From Takakia lepidozioides (lineage: Eukaryota > Plantae > Bryophyta), in NCBI GenBank assembly GCA_030704615.1, contig CM060733.1, positions 26,660,001-26,724,000 on the forward strand: a DNA stretch of 64,000 nucleotides. Direction: 5' to 3'. A program made the position numbers and the translations under genes. The notes below the pieces were generated by a model. It was not told where the DNA came from, searched no databases, and saw nothing but the letters and a program-made list of their open reading frames with translations. Shown here piece after piece: positions 1-12,989 of this stretch; position 1 is the stretch's first letter, and the number at the start of each line of letters is the position of its first letter.

Positions 1-214
1 CCAGGTCCAGGTCCTTGAGGATCTCTTCTACTCTCTTCTGCCAGGACTTAGCCTGTTTGACAGGGCGGTCCTGTTTCCAAGATATAGAGTTGATTAACTT
101 AGGATATCTGGTGTTGGGCATATGTTGCAGCTGACCCCACCATCTGACCTTGAATTCATCTCGTCGGGAGCTTAAGGACGGAATGCCAAACTCACCCCGA
201 ACAGCCACATTGGA

Positions 215-215
<1 letters not shown>

Positions 216-247
<32 letters not shown>

Positions 248-258
248 AGAGAGAGAGA
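216..258. repeat. (GA)n microsatellite interrupted by a G run
   Basis: agagagag...gggggggg...gagaga read directly. Confidence 0.95.
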
Positions 259-563
259 ATGTACTCATGAGGCATTGTTTGCCGTAGCCTTGGGTCCATA
301 AACCCTGTGCCCAGTTTGGGCGGAACAAGAGGGAGAGAAATGATATGAATTGGAATGATACTTAATGACATCCATGGGAAGCTCAAAGAGCTTATGGGAC
401 AAGGGAAAGCATGAAACAAGAATGAGAGTGGGGCCCTCCACAAGCAGCCCAATAACAACTACTGATCAAGGGATTAGCTAAGACGTATGCTGCTAAGCAT
501 TCCTGATTCTCTTAATGGAACATTGGCTATCTCAGAATATACAAGAGAGAAGAAAAGAGAAGA

Positions 564-1311
564 GAAATGAAATGAAATGAAATGGTGCTTTATAGCGTCC
601 GCGGAAAGCTCGTAGAGCTTATGGGACAAAATGGAAGAAAACATGAGAGAGGAACAAATCCAGAAACCACAATTAATGTTCTAGCGATTGTCTAAGGGTG
701 AAGGCCTCATGTAGGTAGGCTGCCAAGCATTTTTGATCCTCATAGTGAAAGACATCAGTGAGAGTTTGGGTTCCACTGAATAAACAGTGGAATCTCCCAC
801 GGATCTCGTAGTATAGAGGGCAGTAGAAGAAGAAGTGTTCTTCAGTTTCAATTTCCTTGCTGCGCCCTATGCAAGCTGGACATAGGCTGTCCTCCCGTTG
901 CAGGTTTTCCCATCTGCCAGTCTCTATCCGTAGGTTGTGGGAACCCACCCTGAACCGTCCCAATGCCCTCAAGAGGGAAGGAGATAAGGGTGCTGAAAGG
1001 TAATTTGGTCTCAAGATTCTATCATCGCGGAGCACCAAGAATGTCTCTCGATACAAGTGGAGCTTTGTCGTGAGATTGGGTAGCATCCAAGTTCTCTTGA
1101 CATGTAATTCCATAAGCTCTCTCCAAATGAGTCTGTTGCGGTCATGTCTGGATGTGATGTCCACCTCATCTGGGTTCATTGGTAATAGGAAAGCAGTAGA
1201 AAGTCCGTTACGTTGAAATAAACTGTCCACTCGAGCATACCAGGAGTTCCTGAAACCTGCAGCTTTGAGCCTCATAGATGTTGTGAGGGCCCTTGCCACT
1301 AGCCCTTTGGG
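564..1311 (-). mobile_element. 5'-truncated non-LTR retrotransposon (RTEX/L2-like LINE), copy 1
   Basis: ORF 673-1299 ends in the LINE ORF2 C-terminal signature RFRVGSHNLRIETGRW...CPAC...ETEEHFFFYCPLY (CCHC finger). Short 3' UTR and (CATTT)n tail. 19-bp GAGAAATGAAATGAAATGA duplicated at 562-580 and 1311-1329 (TSD overlapping the tail). Confidence 0.9.
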
Positions 1312-1688
1312 AGAAATGAAATGAAATGAGAGGCAGGAATGCTCAGTAAAATAGAGAGGGTGTCACCTCGCTTGCAGAAGTGGGAGTTTCTCCGCTGCAT
1401 CACATAACATGCAGCAGCCCCCCAGCACAATGTCATTTGTCTATAGGCCACTGCTAGCTGCATTCTACATACCCACTTTGCTTAGCATACTCATGCCATT
1501 GTTTACAACGTTCTTTCGCTATGTTACCTCTTCCCCACTTCACTTCCAGGCTCCCTGTACTAGGACAACATTCCCACTCCAACTCTGTGTAATTACTGAG
1601 TGTCTTGACATGGGGTGGGGTGGGAGATCATAGCTCAGATGGTGATTTGCCCGTGATTTACCGGTGGTGATTTGCGGAATCCAAATAT

Positions 1689-2027
1689 ATGAAACAAATT
1701 GGTATGAACAGAGCAGGAGGGATGGAAAAAGATGTCTATCATGCCAAAATCAGTCAGAGTTTTTGTCCTCCTACAAATACTTCAGTATGGGCTGCAAACC
1801 TAACGAGGGTTTTTTGTTGCAGAATGCCAGAAGAGGCCCATTTTTCTGAAACTACAGAAGAGGCCCATTTTGTTAAAACTATTCCCTTGAGGGATGTAGT
1901 TGCGGAATGCGAGAAGCGCTGGTTTGAAGAGGCTCTCAAAGCAGCCAAGAGTGGGGATGTGGCTATGGCAACTCTGGTTGGCCAGATGTACTTCTCTGGC
2001 TATGGGGTGTCTGTCAATGTCAAACAA
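1689..2027 (+). CDS. first coding exon of a small plant SEL1-like repeat protein; downstream exons not resolved, possibly a pseudogene
   Basis: PLRDVVAECEKRWFEEALKAAKSGDVAMATLVGQMYFSGYGV matches the conserved plant motif VPLxDVVxDCVxRWFxxxLKEAKxGDxxMQVLVGQMYxSGYG. Donor CAA|GTAAG at 2027/2028. Confidence 0.7.
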
Positions 2028-2919
2028 GTAAGGAAGTATTGGATTGTTTGTCTATGTCAGAGTGCATGATAAGATTGGAGGTGTAGTATCTTGCCCACTA
2101 TCTCGGAGTGGTAAGTGGTTGTTGGGACTGCTGCAGTTTAGCCTGTTCCAGCCGTTAGTGGTGAGTAATCTAGATATTGATTATCTGCAGGTGTCTATTT
2201 GAGGTCCAAAGGCATAAAAATAACAATCCTCGACCACCAGTCGGTACTGTCTTACAACACTGTTGAATCTAGACGTGTGTTGTAATTAGCTTCATATATC
2301 TCCTCAGAACAGTAAGATCTTACTATCTTTTGGTGCTAAAATTTGATTCTGGTAATAGACAGGGAAAGAGTTTGCACAGCCTAAGTTGCATCTGCATGGT
2401 CTGCAAGGGCCATGTACTGCAAGCCATTTCCAGGCCAATGCAAGAAACAGTGGCTCATGGGACAAGTGGGTGGCAAACAGGGCGAATTCTGGCTACAGAA
2501 AGCATCGGAAACAGACATGTAGTCATGCAACCTTCTGTCTTTATTATCAGGTTTGTATGTGTTTCTGTCAAACTTAAGTGTTCTCTCAGGTGGAAATCGG
2601 CAATGTTAGTTTGTGTACTCAACCCTAGCCTTGAGCAGGTGCATTGCTTTGCCCATTTGGTACCTAGCAGGTTGGATAACGATTGGGCAATGAAATTGTC
2701 CCTCTTACCCCAATTGACCATTACAAGTACCCACATCCTAACAGGAGGCGGTACAGAATTCGAGAGCTATTACCTGACGCCATAGAAGGGGATGGTTTCT
2801 CCGCCTGGACCAAGGATGAACTGGTTTTCTGCACGACGCCACATTTGACCACTTGATGCCAACTTGATGAGTAGTAAGTACCCTCCCACTAGAACTAGGT
2901 TTGTATATAACTCTTCAGT

Positions 2920-5740
2920 TAGATGCATATATGCCTGAAGCAGGAGCCAAACTGTAGAAGTTGATACTGGATTGACATACCATCACCAGGCACCAGGGAC
3001 AGATCTCTCGCTTGGGATGCCATCATGCTCACTGGAAAGTCTTCTGGAAAAACACCGCCCTTCTGCATGTGGGAATCAGAAGCTCCAAGGACGATTAGAA
3101 CAGAGACAAAATACAGGCCTGGACTACACAATCTAGCAACTACTTGATTTACTTCGGCTGCTGCATTATAAAATTGGAAAGGGCCATGGTGACCAAGACA
3201 CAATCATTATCTGAGAAAGGCCCAATGTGGGGATGCAAAACCAGCTAAATAGAAAAAGGCTTGAGGATTCCACTTCACCTTTATGGTTTTCTTGATATTA
3301 TCTGATACCACAATTGGTGGCCTTGGAAACCTTACGTGATCTGAATCTGTTCCAAAACCCATACATCAACAGTCCCTTGATCAGAGCTGAAGACATTCTC
3401 ATTTTACAGTATTCCCTAGATATCTACCTGATCATTCCCTCCAATACCAGTAAATTACATTGTCCAAGGCCCTTGTTCATGTCTGTGTGTGGTAAGGCCT
3501 GGGAGTGTTCAACACTAGCTATACAACCAAACCAGCCAACAGTCTTGAGACAGACAAACGAGAGAAAGACAAACCAGCGCCTCTCCCCCAGTCGAACTTG
3601 ACACTCCCAGTCCTCATGCAACTGGCCACTGCTATGAATATACTCTCTTTCTGTCAGCGTGGTTGGCTGGCTAACTGCATGATAATGAAGATAGAAAGAT
3701 GTTCTTGAACACTTTTATTACTGCACCAAGTAAATCAGAATCTGCAGATCAGATAGCATGGTGCAAGCATTACTACAAGCAAGTTGGACTTGCACCAAAT
3801 CCGCTCTTATCCGTGAGTTGTGTGACAACCGCAGGGAAGAGCGAAACGAAGACTTTATAAATTGTTCACTGGAAGCTGCAAGAGCTTCTGGGACGAAAAG
3901 AAGTTAAACTGACCAGAACCCCCTAACGACCAGCTGCCACAATCAATAATAATACTCTGACTCAAAACCTGGAGTGATTCTCTCTGTGTTGGAGATCTTC
4001 TGTGAATCTGTCCCTAAAAAGACTTAGTGCTCCGGCCTAAAGAAGACCTGCGGATACTGCAAAAATGAGAAGCAGACCAAACCATGAAAGTGCATGAGGC
4101 CCATCTTCATAAGCATGCGTGTCATGTCCGAGCTGGTCCTGGCGTAACGGAGTATGAGTTCCCGCTTGCGCTTGAAGTATGGGATGTCATCCTCTATTTT
4201 CCCTGACAAAACTTGAGATTGCGTTGCAGCAGCAGGCACTTTGAAGAATTCAAAAGACGATTGATTCGATGCATCCTCCTTGTAATAATTTCCAATCTCC
4301 GGCATGGGACAGTCTTTGGGTAGATTAGTCGAAGGCACGCCCAGGCATTCATAGGGCTTCCCTATCTGAGCCCACACTCCCTGCTGTTTTCTGCAATCAC
4401 CATTGAGTTCAATTAGGACACTGAAGCTCATATTCTTGTGTCTTTGATGTCCTCTTAAACGAGGCGCAGATTATGGAACAAACTGTCTAGGGTGGAGAGT
4501 GAACGTAACACAAACACGGTACATTTTTCCTTTCTGAAATTGATGATCATCATGTTTTGACTAAGACCTGCTCTGGTTGTAGGCTGTTTTGCCAATAAGA
4601 TCACGGGCCACCACTTCCTCTTTGCTTGCCATTGGAGTTTCTTCTGATACAATCCGATGTTCCTCCATACCTTCTGGAATCTATTCATAAAAAATCAAGA
4701 ATGCTTTAGAACTTCTAGAAGGTATTTCACCATATTATGCAGTCTTCACAGCGAAAGAGGGCTAGATAACAGTGCCAGTCCTCTCAAATCTTGTACAGTG
4801 ATGCTTTTTCTTATTGCAAGACTATCAGAACAGGAGCTGTGCATCCTTTTATAACATTAACAATCCTGCATAGAGAGGACACACTCATAAAGACGAGCTC
4901 TATCCATTGGTTTTCATTGGACCCCACTATTCTTTTCCCATCTCTGCCGCATGGCAATACTTGATCAATCTCCCCGAGTCCCACCTATTGAAACTCCTAG
5001 TAGAGAGTCGTAGTCAAGGTTAGAGCAAGAACTGGATATCTATACATCTCTGGAGGTAGCTTAGCCTGTTCCAGCAGAAATGAGTCATACTGCAAAGACT
5101 TTGTCAAAGAGGTGGTTGGTGGTGAAGGCCTTCATTCTGAGCTTGCGCTCACGCATGCGCTTTTTAATCTTTCTCAGCAGGGGACTCTGCTGCGCATTGG
5201 CAGGCAACTGCCACCCTTTTTCTTCCTCCTCGTCTGCACCCTTGAATACGCGCGGAGTCACCTTCGTCTCCGCGATTATCTGAGAGCGCAACAGCCATGT
5301 CATCCTGGTGTTGGCTCGATCATCACAGTACTATCACAATGCACTCAATCTACAGACTTTGCTTGCCATGAAGGATAGATAGACATTTGGAGTCTGGAAC
5401 GTTTTTTCTAGGAGATTTCCTGTACTACAATGGCATAGTTTCTGGAGCGTTCCAGAAGTGACAAGCACTCTGAGATTGCTGTTGTCCTTTTGTAGAAGCT
5501 TACAAAAAGAGAGGGGTTGGTGGCCATATACGCTCATAAGCAGCTGATTTTGTGCTCGTTTTCGTTCCACGGTGCGAGGGGATGGTGGGTCGTACAGGCC
5601 CAAGGCATATCTCCTTCTTCCCCCACTTCTTGACTTGGGTGAACCTCTGTTCTTCACGGATTCTGTTGACTCTTTTTCTTCCTCCTTCTCAGCTATGGTG
5701 ACCATCGGCTTCTGCTTGTTTGCCATCTCAATCCCCAACC
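2920..5740 (-). pseudogene. degraded long coding relic, tentatively DUF4470-like
   Basis: Series of broken same-strand ORFs (5334-5738, 5085-5303, 4455-4688, 4024-4431, 2919-3203). Weak resemblance of YGHQPLSF...NLRVLVTSG and LALLSSPLSL...FQKVW to DUF4470-family motifs. Confidence 0.25.
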
Positions 5741-6131
5741 TCGTCCCTCCCTGCCGAGAAGCTCTAGCAGTGGGCTACACACACTCTTGCAAAAACTTTT
5801 TCTCTCAATTTCTGGCTACTAAATTGTACATGTCAAAGAGTTCTTCGTCTCACAGAATTTCCAGGACCACTACTATTCATTCAGGCAGTGATTCCTTCCG
5901 CTGGCTACTGCGTGCCATGCTTAATGTAGCAGTACATGCCTGAGTAGTACGTGACCGCAGGAACGCGGCAGATTCCCACTACTCTCAATATATGCATTGC
6001 TTTGCTTCAGGCTCCGCTTTCAAATTAAAACTTGGTCCCGTCCATGAAACCAATGTCTTGCTCTGTGGACTGGGCACACAGGTCCATCTTGTAGCCCATC
6101 CTCTTGCAGACCCACATAAGGACAAGCAAGA

Positions 6132-6171
6132 GGAAATGAAATGAAATGAAATGGTGCTTTATAACGGAAAT
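6132..6171 (-). mobile_element. extremely truncated (~35 bp) 3' stub of the same LINE
   Basis: gaaatgaaatgaaatgaaatggtgctttataacg matches the 3' ends of the longer copies. GGAAAT on both sides (6132-6137, 6166-6171). Confidence 0.85.
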
Positions 6172-6774
6172 TGTGGCCTGTGGAGGCAATGGACGAGGAG
6201 AGAGCAAAGACATTAATGTGGGTTATCTTCCTGAGTTACATGTATCCAAAGGCAGGGCGAACTTGTGTGTAGTGCAACAGAGAGTTTGCTCACTGCATTC
6301 TTGCAGAGCAGCAACAACCCAAATGCCACGAAGCCATGGCATGACTCTTCACACTGCTGTGTTCAACCGTCAGCCCAAGTTCACGTGAACCGGCCGGCCC
6401 ACGTGATGCTCCCTTTGGCCATAGCCATGGCCTACAACTCCAACTGCCTCCTCCAAGAGAGCCTGTCCCCACCCTATACTAAGCACAGGCCGTTAGATAT
6501 TCCATGAGCATGAGTGCATGAGTTGATGGGCACATTCCGCAAAACTGAACAAGAGACCGGATCACATTTAGCGCAGGGACCGATGGCTTCTCCCTCCTAT
6601 ACCTACAGGGGAGACCACACAAAGGTGTCAAACAGATTGAAGATCTTGTTGTACCTTCTCCAGTTAACACCTGACATTGTAGAGTAGCTTCCTCAGTTTA
6701 CACCTAAATTGACAACCGTCTGTTCCTTTGTTTGCATGTTCCCATTCCCATGGTTAACTACCTCCCTGTGGCAC

Positions 6775-7060
6775 TCAGAGATATACAGCCTACCGCGCTT
6801 GAGTGAGGAGAGAGATGAGTGCTCAGGGGTGACACTCGATGGAAAGTTTTTTGTGGTAAGCGGGTACCCTACAACTTCCCAAGGTCAATTTGTGAAGAGC
6901 GCGGAGGTGTGGAGCAGTACTGCACCACTGTAGAAGACATGTGGGCTGTTGGATCCCAAGTTTCAAATCCAGGGGTCTTGACTGCCTTGTCTGGGCAGCA
7001 TTATGCATTCTCTAGCTTGTTCGCTACTCTGCAGCTTCATGGTCAGCGCTGAACTCTCCA
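6775..7060 (+). pseudogene. Kelch-repeat F-box (KFB/KMD-type) remnant
   Basis: LPRLSEERDECSGVTLDGKFFVVSGYPTTSQGQFVKSAEV matches the KMD-type motif LPxMxxERDECxGxxxxGKFxVxxGYxTxxQGxFxxSAE. Frameshifted and interrupted by LINE copy 2. Confidence 0.8.
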
Positions 7061-7069
7061 CCTGATGGG

Positions 7070-7628
7070 GAAATGAAATGAAATGGTGCTTTATAACGTC
7101 CGCGGAAAGCTCATAGAGCTTATGGGACAAAATGGAAGAAAACATGAGAGAGAAACAAATCCAGAAACCACAATTAATGTTCTAGCGATTGTCTAAGGGT
7201 GAAGGCCTCGTGCAGGTAGGCTGCCAAGCATTTTTTATCCTCATAGTATCAGTTAAAGTTTGGGTTCCACCGAATAAACAGTGGAATCTCCCAAGGATCT
7301 CGTTGTATAGAGGGCAGTAGAAGAAGAAGTGTTCTTCAGTTTCAAATTCCTTGCTGCGCCCTATGCAAGCTGGACATAGGCTGTCCTCCCTAAAACCACT
7401 AAGTGAGTCATGCAGTGTGTCCCACCAAGTAGGAACCATGTATTTGAATTATTACTACCAGAGTCCCATCTGCCAGTCTCTATCCGTAGGCTGTGGGAAC
7501 CCACCCTGAACCGCCCCAATGCCCTCAGGAGGGAAGGAGATAAGGATGCTGAAAGGTAATTTGGTCTCGAGATTCTATCATCGCGGAGCACCAAGAATGT
7601 CTCTCGATAGAAGTGGAGCTTTGTCGTG
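7070..7628 (-). mobile_element. 5'-truncated LINE copy 2, with internal filler and frameshifts
   Basis: Near-identical to copy 1 including the (CATTT)n tail. Unrelated segment at 7391-7463. Flanks GGGGAAATG and GGGAGAAATG. Confidence 0.9.
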
Positions 7629-8649
7629 GGGAGAAATGGGACCTTCCCCTGTCTGTGGGATTGCTCCAAATCTAGAATGTGTTGCATGTTGTACATTATT
7701 GGTTCACGTCTATAGACAATCTTATTAGGAAGCCTTATTGAGTTAGCAAGGTGCACAGAAGCCATGCTGCCAAGTGCAGGTCTCAGAGGTAGGGAGCTTG
7801 TTGATTGGGTTCCATCGCCGTTGCCTGCGTTGGGGCACTAATGGTGAACATCCTCTAAGAATCCTCTAAGTCATGAATGAGGTGTGGTGGGTGTATCGAA
7901 AGTACATTCTTCTGAAGGCCTACCTCGTGGACAAAGAATCAAAGCAAAGAGAACCTCTGTCTACCTATGGAGGCATATTGTTGTAAACTAAAAAGCTCGA
8001 GGGTGTTGAGCCAACATTGATTCATGTTCTTGTGCTGGTTGTGCATTTCATGGACAACAGAATCGCGCCATACCAAGGGGAGGCATTGATCGGGACCAAA
8101 TGAACCTAGAATGGTCAATGCAATCAGGTAGCCCACATGCTCTCTTGAGCACTTTGAATTAGGGATGATCCGAACTTGGATGGCACTTGTGTTCTACGCA
8201 TGCAAGTCTCCACTTCAACCTCCCTGTCTGAAATCAACATAAAGACCTGAGACTCATGGCATGTTCATAGAGGTCAAAGCATCTCTACGGGAGAAGTTCA
8301 TAAAGAGAAGATGGCCTTCACACGCAGAGCAAGGGCCAGGGGATCGTGGGTGGCACGGTGGATCAATGCGCTAGTTCTTTAAAGCTGGGTTACGTTCATA
8401 TCAGCTCCTTTACATCTGTTGTTACTTTGCCAGTCTCGGGTGGAGCACCGAAAGCTCCAAGAATGCAGACACAGGCACAGAAGAGTTTGAATGCCTGCAT
8501 CGTCCCCGGGCTCGAATGGTTTTAGAAGCCCAGCAAGCTCCCAAGGGGCTTAATCGCCTGTTGTCGGAGCACGAAAGACCTCTCCACCTGCGGAGTCTTC
8601 TTCATTTCCGAAGCCATCTTTGCACATTATGAAGAGCTCAGTGCATCGT

Positions 8650-10770
8650 GCAGCAAGCTCAGAGAAAGAGCCCACGGGGTTCGGATGGGTGCAAGGAATT
8701 AGTGGAGATGAGCAAGGACGCAGATGTCTTCCCCTCCTCCAATGGCTCTAGGACCCCAACAAAACCGAGAGGGTCTCAATCTCCTGCCACTGGAGCCCGA
8801 AAGCCCTCTTCATCATCGTCGTCTACCTCTCAGAAACCTTCTCTCACAATAAAGAGCACCGGCCTTCGTGCGGGAATTTCAGAAAGGGAGCCGGTCGGCT
8901 TGAAGGATGGGCGCAAAGAGATAGTCGAAAAGAAGGAGGCAGATCCCAGGACAGATCCGGAGGCGCAAGAAGAGAAGAGGTTTGTTGCTAACGATGACGA
9001 GGATGAGGTGGGTATTAAGCGTGTGCTAGGTGAAGCTAGGGCAAAGTTTGCTATGGTCGAGAACAGAACAATTGACCACTGGCAGCTGAACAGGCTCAAG
9101 CTGCTTCTGCTGAAAAGAAGTTAGAGGAAAGAGCTCGGCATCTAGAGGAGAAGGTACTAAAGCTGGAAGATGAACTCAGGGACTCAGCAGCCATCGAGGT
9201 GGCTTTGTATTCTGTAGTAGCCGAGCATGGGAGCTCTTCCCATAAGGTTCACACGCCTGCCCGCCGCCTGGCAAGGCTTTACTTACATGCATTCAAGAAC
9301 TGGAGCCCAGAGTGACGAGCAAGCTCGGCCTGGAATTCCGTATCGGGATTTATTTTGGTTATACGAGCATGTGGAAATGACGTTCCAAGGTTGATGTACT
9401 GGTGGTCCAATGTGGTTGTTCTTAGAGAGACCATTGGTCAGGTGTGTGATGTTGAACTCGCAGCTGCCAGTGCGGAGGCACAGGGCGGTACTTCCGTTAA
9501 CAGTCCAAATAGCAATGGCTTTGCTGCTCGAGCATTACGATCCCAACAGCTAAGAAAAAATCTCTCCTCGAATGACAGCAGCCATGTGTTGAGTCCAAAG
9601 GGATTGAAGAAGGATTGGCGAGAATGCAGCTCCTTTGTCAGTGCACTTTTAAGCATTGAAGCATGGATTCACGCAAGGGTCTTGGAGTCTGTCTGGTGGC
9701 AGGAAATGACCCCTCCAATGCAGATTGGAGGAATCAGCCTGTAGGCAACCCTCTCCATGGAGATGCGAAGGAAGAGTGGAACAAGTCTGCAAGTAAGGTC
9801 GAGAACGAGTTGGATGAGTGGCCTGCTGATGGACAAGAACTTTTCGCCAAGGGAAAAGTGGATTCCAACCTTCCCAAGCTACGAGATACCCACCAGGGAA
9901 ATATCTCTGTGGAGATATGGAAGAGGGCTTTCACGGATGCTTTGAAACGTCTGTCCTCTTCAAGGAGAGGGTCACGAATGTGGCTGCCTCCCAGTGCTAA
10001 AGAGAATGATAATTGAAGAGTGTGTGGAGAGGCTAGACTTTGCTATGTTCAATGGGATTGTGCGTGATCCACAGGATAATTCTCCTACAGAACCCCTTGC
10101 AGATCCAATCACCAACATTTTGGTCCTTCCTATTCCAATTGGGAGCCTTACATTCGGCGCTGGCTCTCAACTGAAGAATGTGGTAGTGAATTGGTCAACA
10201 TGGATCTCGGCCCTCGGTCAGTTTCAAAGACCCAAGCATTGCCGAATCCATCAATGGAGGTGGCAATGCATCACAGCCTGAGAAGCAGTGGATGAAGAGC
10301 CAGCTCGTTTTAGTCTGCTCAAAGCTACAGGTGATCTTTTGATGCTGCCAAAGGAAATTCTTTTGGACAAAGATATGAGAGCTTACCCCTACTGCGTCGA
10401 GTTTTGTGTAATTTTGTGCCTGATGAGTTCTCTCCAGATCCTGTGTCACCTGCCCTTCTGGCCGCCATTGATACTGAGTTGTCAATGGAAACCAGAAAAC
10501 AAGGTGAGTCAGACACACACCATGTCATTGCACGTCTGCCTCCAGTGACCTACACCCCACCTTCCTCACGTTCAGTCAGGCCGTGGATTGGGGATTCCCC
10601 TGGAGCTTCTCGGTCAGGCTTGAGTACCTCCTCACTTTTGCGGAAGGGGTACACCAGTTATGACGAATTGGAGGAGGATCAAAATCCCCTTGGGTTGTTG
10701 CAATATAGTCTGGGTAAACCCTATTGGGGTCCATTGCGTGTTACACTAGAGCTCCGAGGAGGATTTTGAG
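8650..10770 (+). pseudogene. processed (intronless) pseudogene of the C-terminal region of a plant NT-C2/EEIG1-family (gar2-related, Dilute-like) protein
   Basis: ELRDSAAIEVALYSVVAEHGSSSHKVHTPARRLARLY, ACGNDVPRLMYWWSNVVVLRE, ESVWWQ, RLDFAMFNGIVR, PIPIGSLTFGAGSQLKNVV, LLKATGDLLMLPK, CNFVPDEFSPDPV, LLRKGYTS. Colinear with no introns, several frameshifts and an in-frame TGA near 9313. Confidence 0.85.
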
Positions 10771-10959
10771 AATGTCTCTAAATCTAGTCTGCTGTTTGCT
10801 GTGCATGTAGCCGCAGAGTACACAACAAAGAACCAAAAAAAGACTCCGCTTGCCGTTGATACAAAGACTACAAAAAAAGAACCGCACCTGAAGGTCCGGT
10901 GTTTCTTGTGGTACTATCATTCGGCACTAGCATTAGGTTGGCCAGAGCGGCACCCTGAA

Positions 10960-11632
10960 GGTCACCCACAAGGGTTTTCGGACGAAATTTATATCTTTAT
11001 CCGGACAGAACTATGGCCGTCTATTGAGTGCGATGCGAAGGCGCAAGTGTCGGGAGTAAACAGACCGAGATTCTGCGCCAAAGGAAGCAGGAAGCCATTG
11101 AAGGTGATCAACATAAATCTGGGCAGTAGCACCTCTGCTTCGACTCATCTATGAGGCGACGTCATCTTGTCCAAATGTGGAACAGCTTATGCATAGAAGG
11201 GATTCAGACCGAACTATGGTGGTGCAGAGGGCTGAAAAACCAAAGAACCATGACGAGCTGATGACCTGTCTCCGATGTTTGTGTGAAGCACTGCAGTGGT
11301 TGCACAGAAAAGGACTCGTGCACAGAGACATCAGGTGGGACAAAGTTCTTCGTGACAGGAATAATGCTGAGAAATAGATACTAGTGGATCTTGATGAGGC
11401 AATAAAGAGCGATCAGTGCTTCGAGCTCCCTCTAGATGCCAATTCACATGCTCCGGAGATGACAGTTGGGCCTCATGATACCATGGTTGACATCTGGGGC
11501 ATTGGGTACCTTTTGTCTACTTCAAATATTATTCTGGATGCGAAGCTTTTGGGTTTGATGGAGAAATGCTTGCATCAGGTGCCAGACCAAAGGCCAACTG
11601 CAGCAGAGTGTCTGGAGTTGCTTGATGCATGA
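10960..11632 (+). pseudogene. Crinkler (CRN)-type REase + protein kinase remnant
   Basis: One frame from 11138 reads LRLIYEATSSCPNVEQL...PKNHDELMTCLRCLCEALQWLHRKGLVHRDIRWDKVLR...K*ILVDLDEA...SHAPEM...HDTMVDIWGIGYLL...RPTAAECL, with a single TAG at 11375. Upstream SGVNRPRFC resembles the RPDF REase motif. Confidence 0.75.
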
Positions 11633-12329
11633 TATGTAGTCTGGTAAAAGATGCAGAACTTTAGGAAGCTGAGGTCTTCTTGGCGGTTTACTAGGAAGCT
11701 GAAGTCTTAAAAGATTCCTATTATATAAAGCTAAGAGGCCTCCGTTCCTCTTTTTTTGTTTTTTTAAGAAAAAAAATATTTAATAGTTTATCTTTATATT
11801 TTAATCTCTTTTTAGTTATTTTTAGTATTCATCTTTTTAGTCATAACCTAAATTAGAATCATTAACCCTCAACCTCCTAGAGCCCATTTTCAACATTTTG
11901 GCCATTTTTGGTACCCCCTAAGACTAAACCTAGCTTGGTTATGTATAACCCCTGGCATGATGTCACCATAGAAATAGAAATATTATAATGGCTTTGTGGA
12001 CCTTGAATTTGAGCTTCCACACAAATATTCCTACCAAAAAAAGGTTTGACCAGAATAAATAGGGTTTTTTCTATGGGCTGCTCCGCATGCAGCCTCACCC
12101 TAAATCGGGACTGCTGCCTGTTTAGTGCTTTATACCTGCCACCTGTCCAGTCAACTCAAGAAGCGCAGCACGATTTGGGCAGGGGCCAAAATTCGCCCAT
12201 GCCACATTTTTTATTTTTTCTTATTTGTTTTTTGAGGAGAGGCTTCTTAAGAGGCAGATCTACATTTCTCGTTCAAGACCTCATTCCCATCCGAGAGCAT
12301 CTTATGATGCTGCGGCGAATCTCCCATAG

Positions 12330-12354
12330 CAAGTGACCCGATTCGGGTCGCTTG
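12330..12354. repeat. GC-rich hairpin, probably a TE terminus
   Basis: CAAGTGACCCGA-T-TCGGGTCGCTTG: 12-bp arms with one G.T pair, at a GC-to-AT composition boundary. Confidence 0.7.
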
Positions 12355-12989
12355 GGAGGTTGTTTAAAAGTTATATTACTGTACGAATTAAATCAACACA
12401 TATTTATTATTAAAAATAATAAAAACAATTATTCAGAATTTAACTTTTATACAACCACTCAGTTGTAACTACACAATGCTCTTAAACATGTAACAATCAA
12501 GTATATTATATATATATATATATTCAAAAATCTATCAAACAACATTCAGTCTCACTTTCATTTTCTAAACATCTAAAGATGGAACATGTAACAATCTAAT
12601 TCGAAGTATTTCAATCTATTTTTTCTTTCTACTGTAATTAATTAAGAGAGTCGGACTGTAGGCAACTTTGTCAAAAACTCTACAAGCAGATCATGAGAGA
12701 CTTGAAAACTCTAAAAGCAAAGAATATTTCCTAAGGTAGATAGAAAACATATAAACTACTATAACAAATGTATCAACTTTGGTCATTATATTTATGAATC
12801 ACATATACTATTTATTGGTATGTACCGACAAAATTGGTAGGTTGTCATCATTTATAATAATTAAAATAAAATTTTATTTTCGATAAACGTTCATACATCC
12901 ATTTGTAATGCACCAACATCCTTTTTTGAAATAAACCTTTATGTATTAGTACCTATGTTAAAAATAGAAAAATAGTAAGACTCTTGCAC

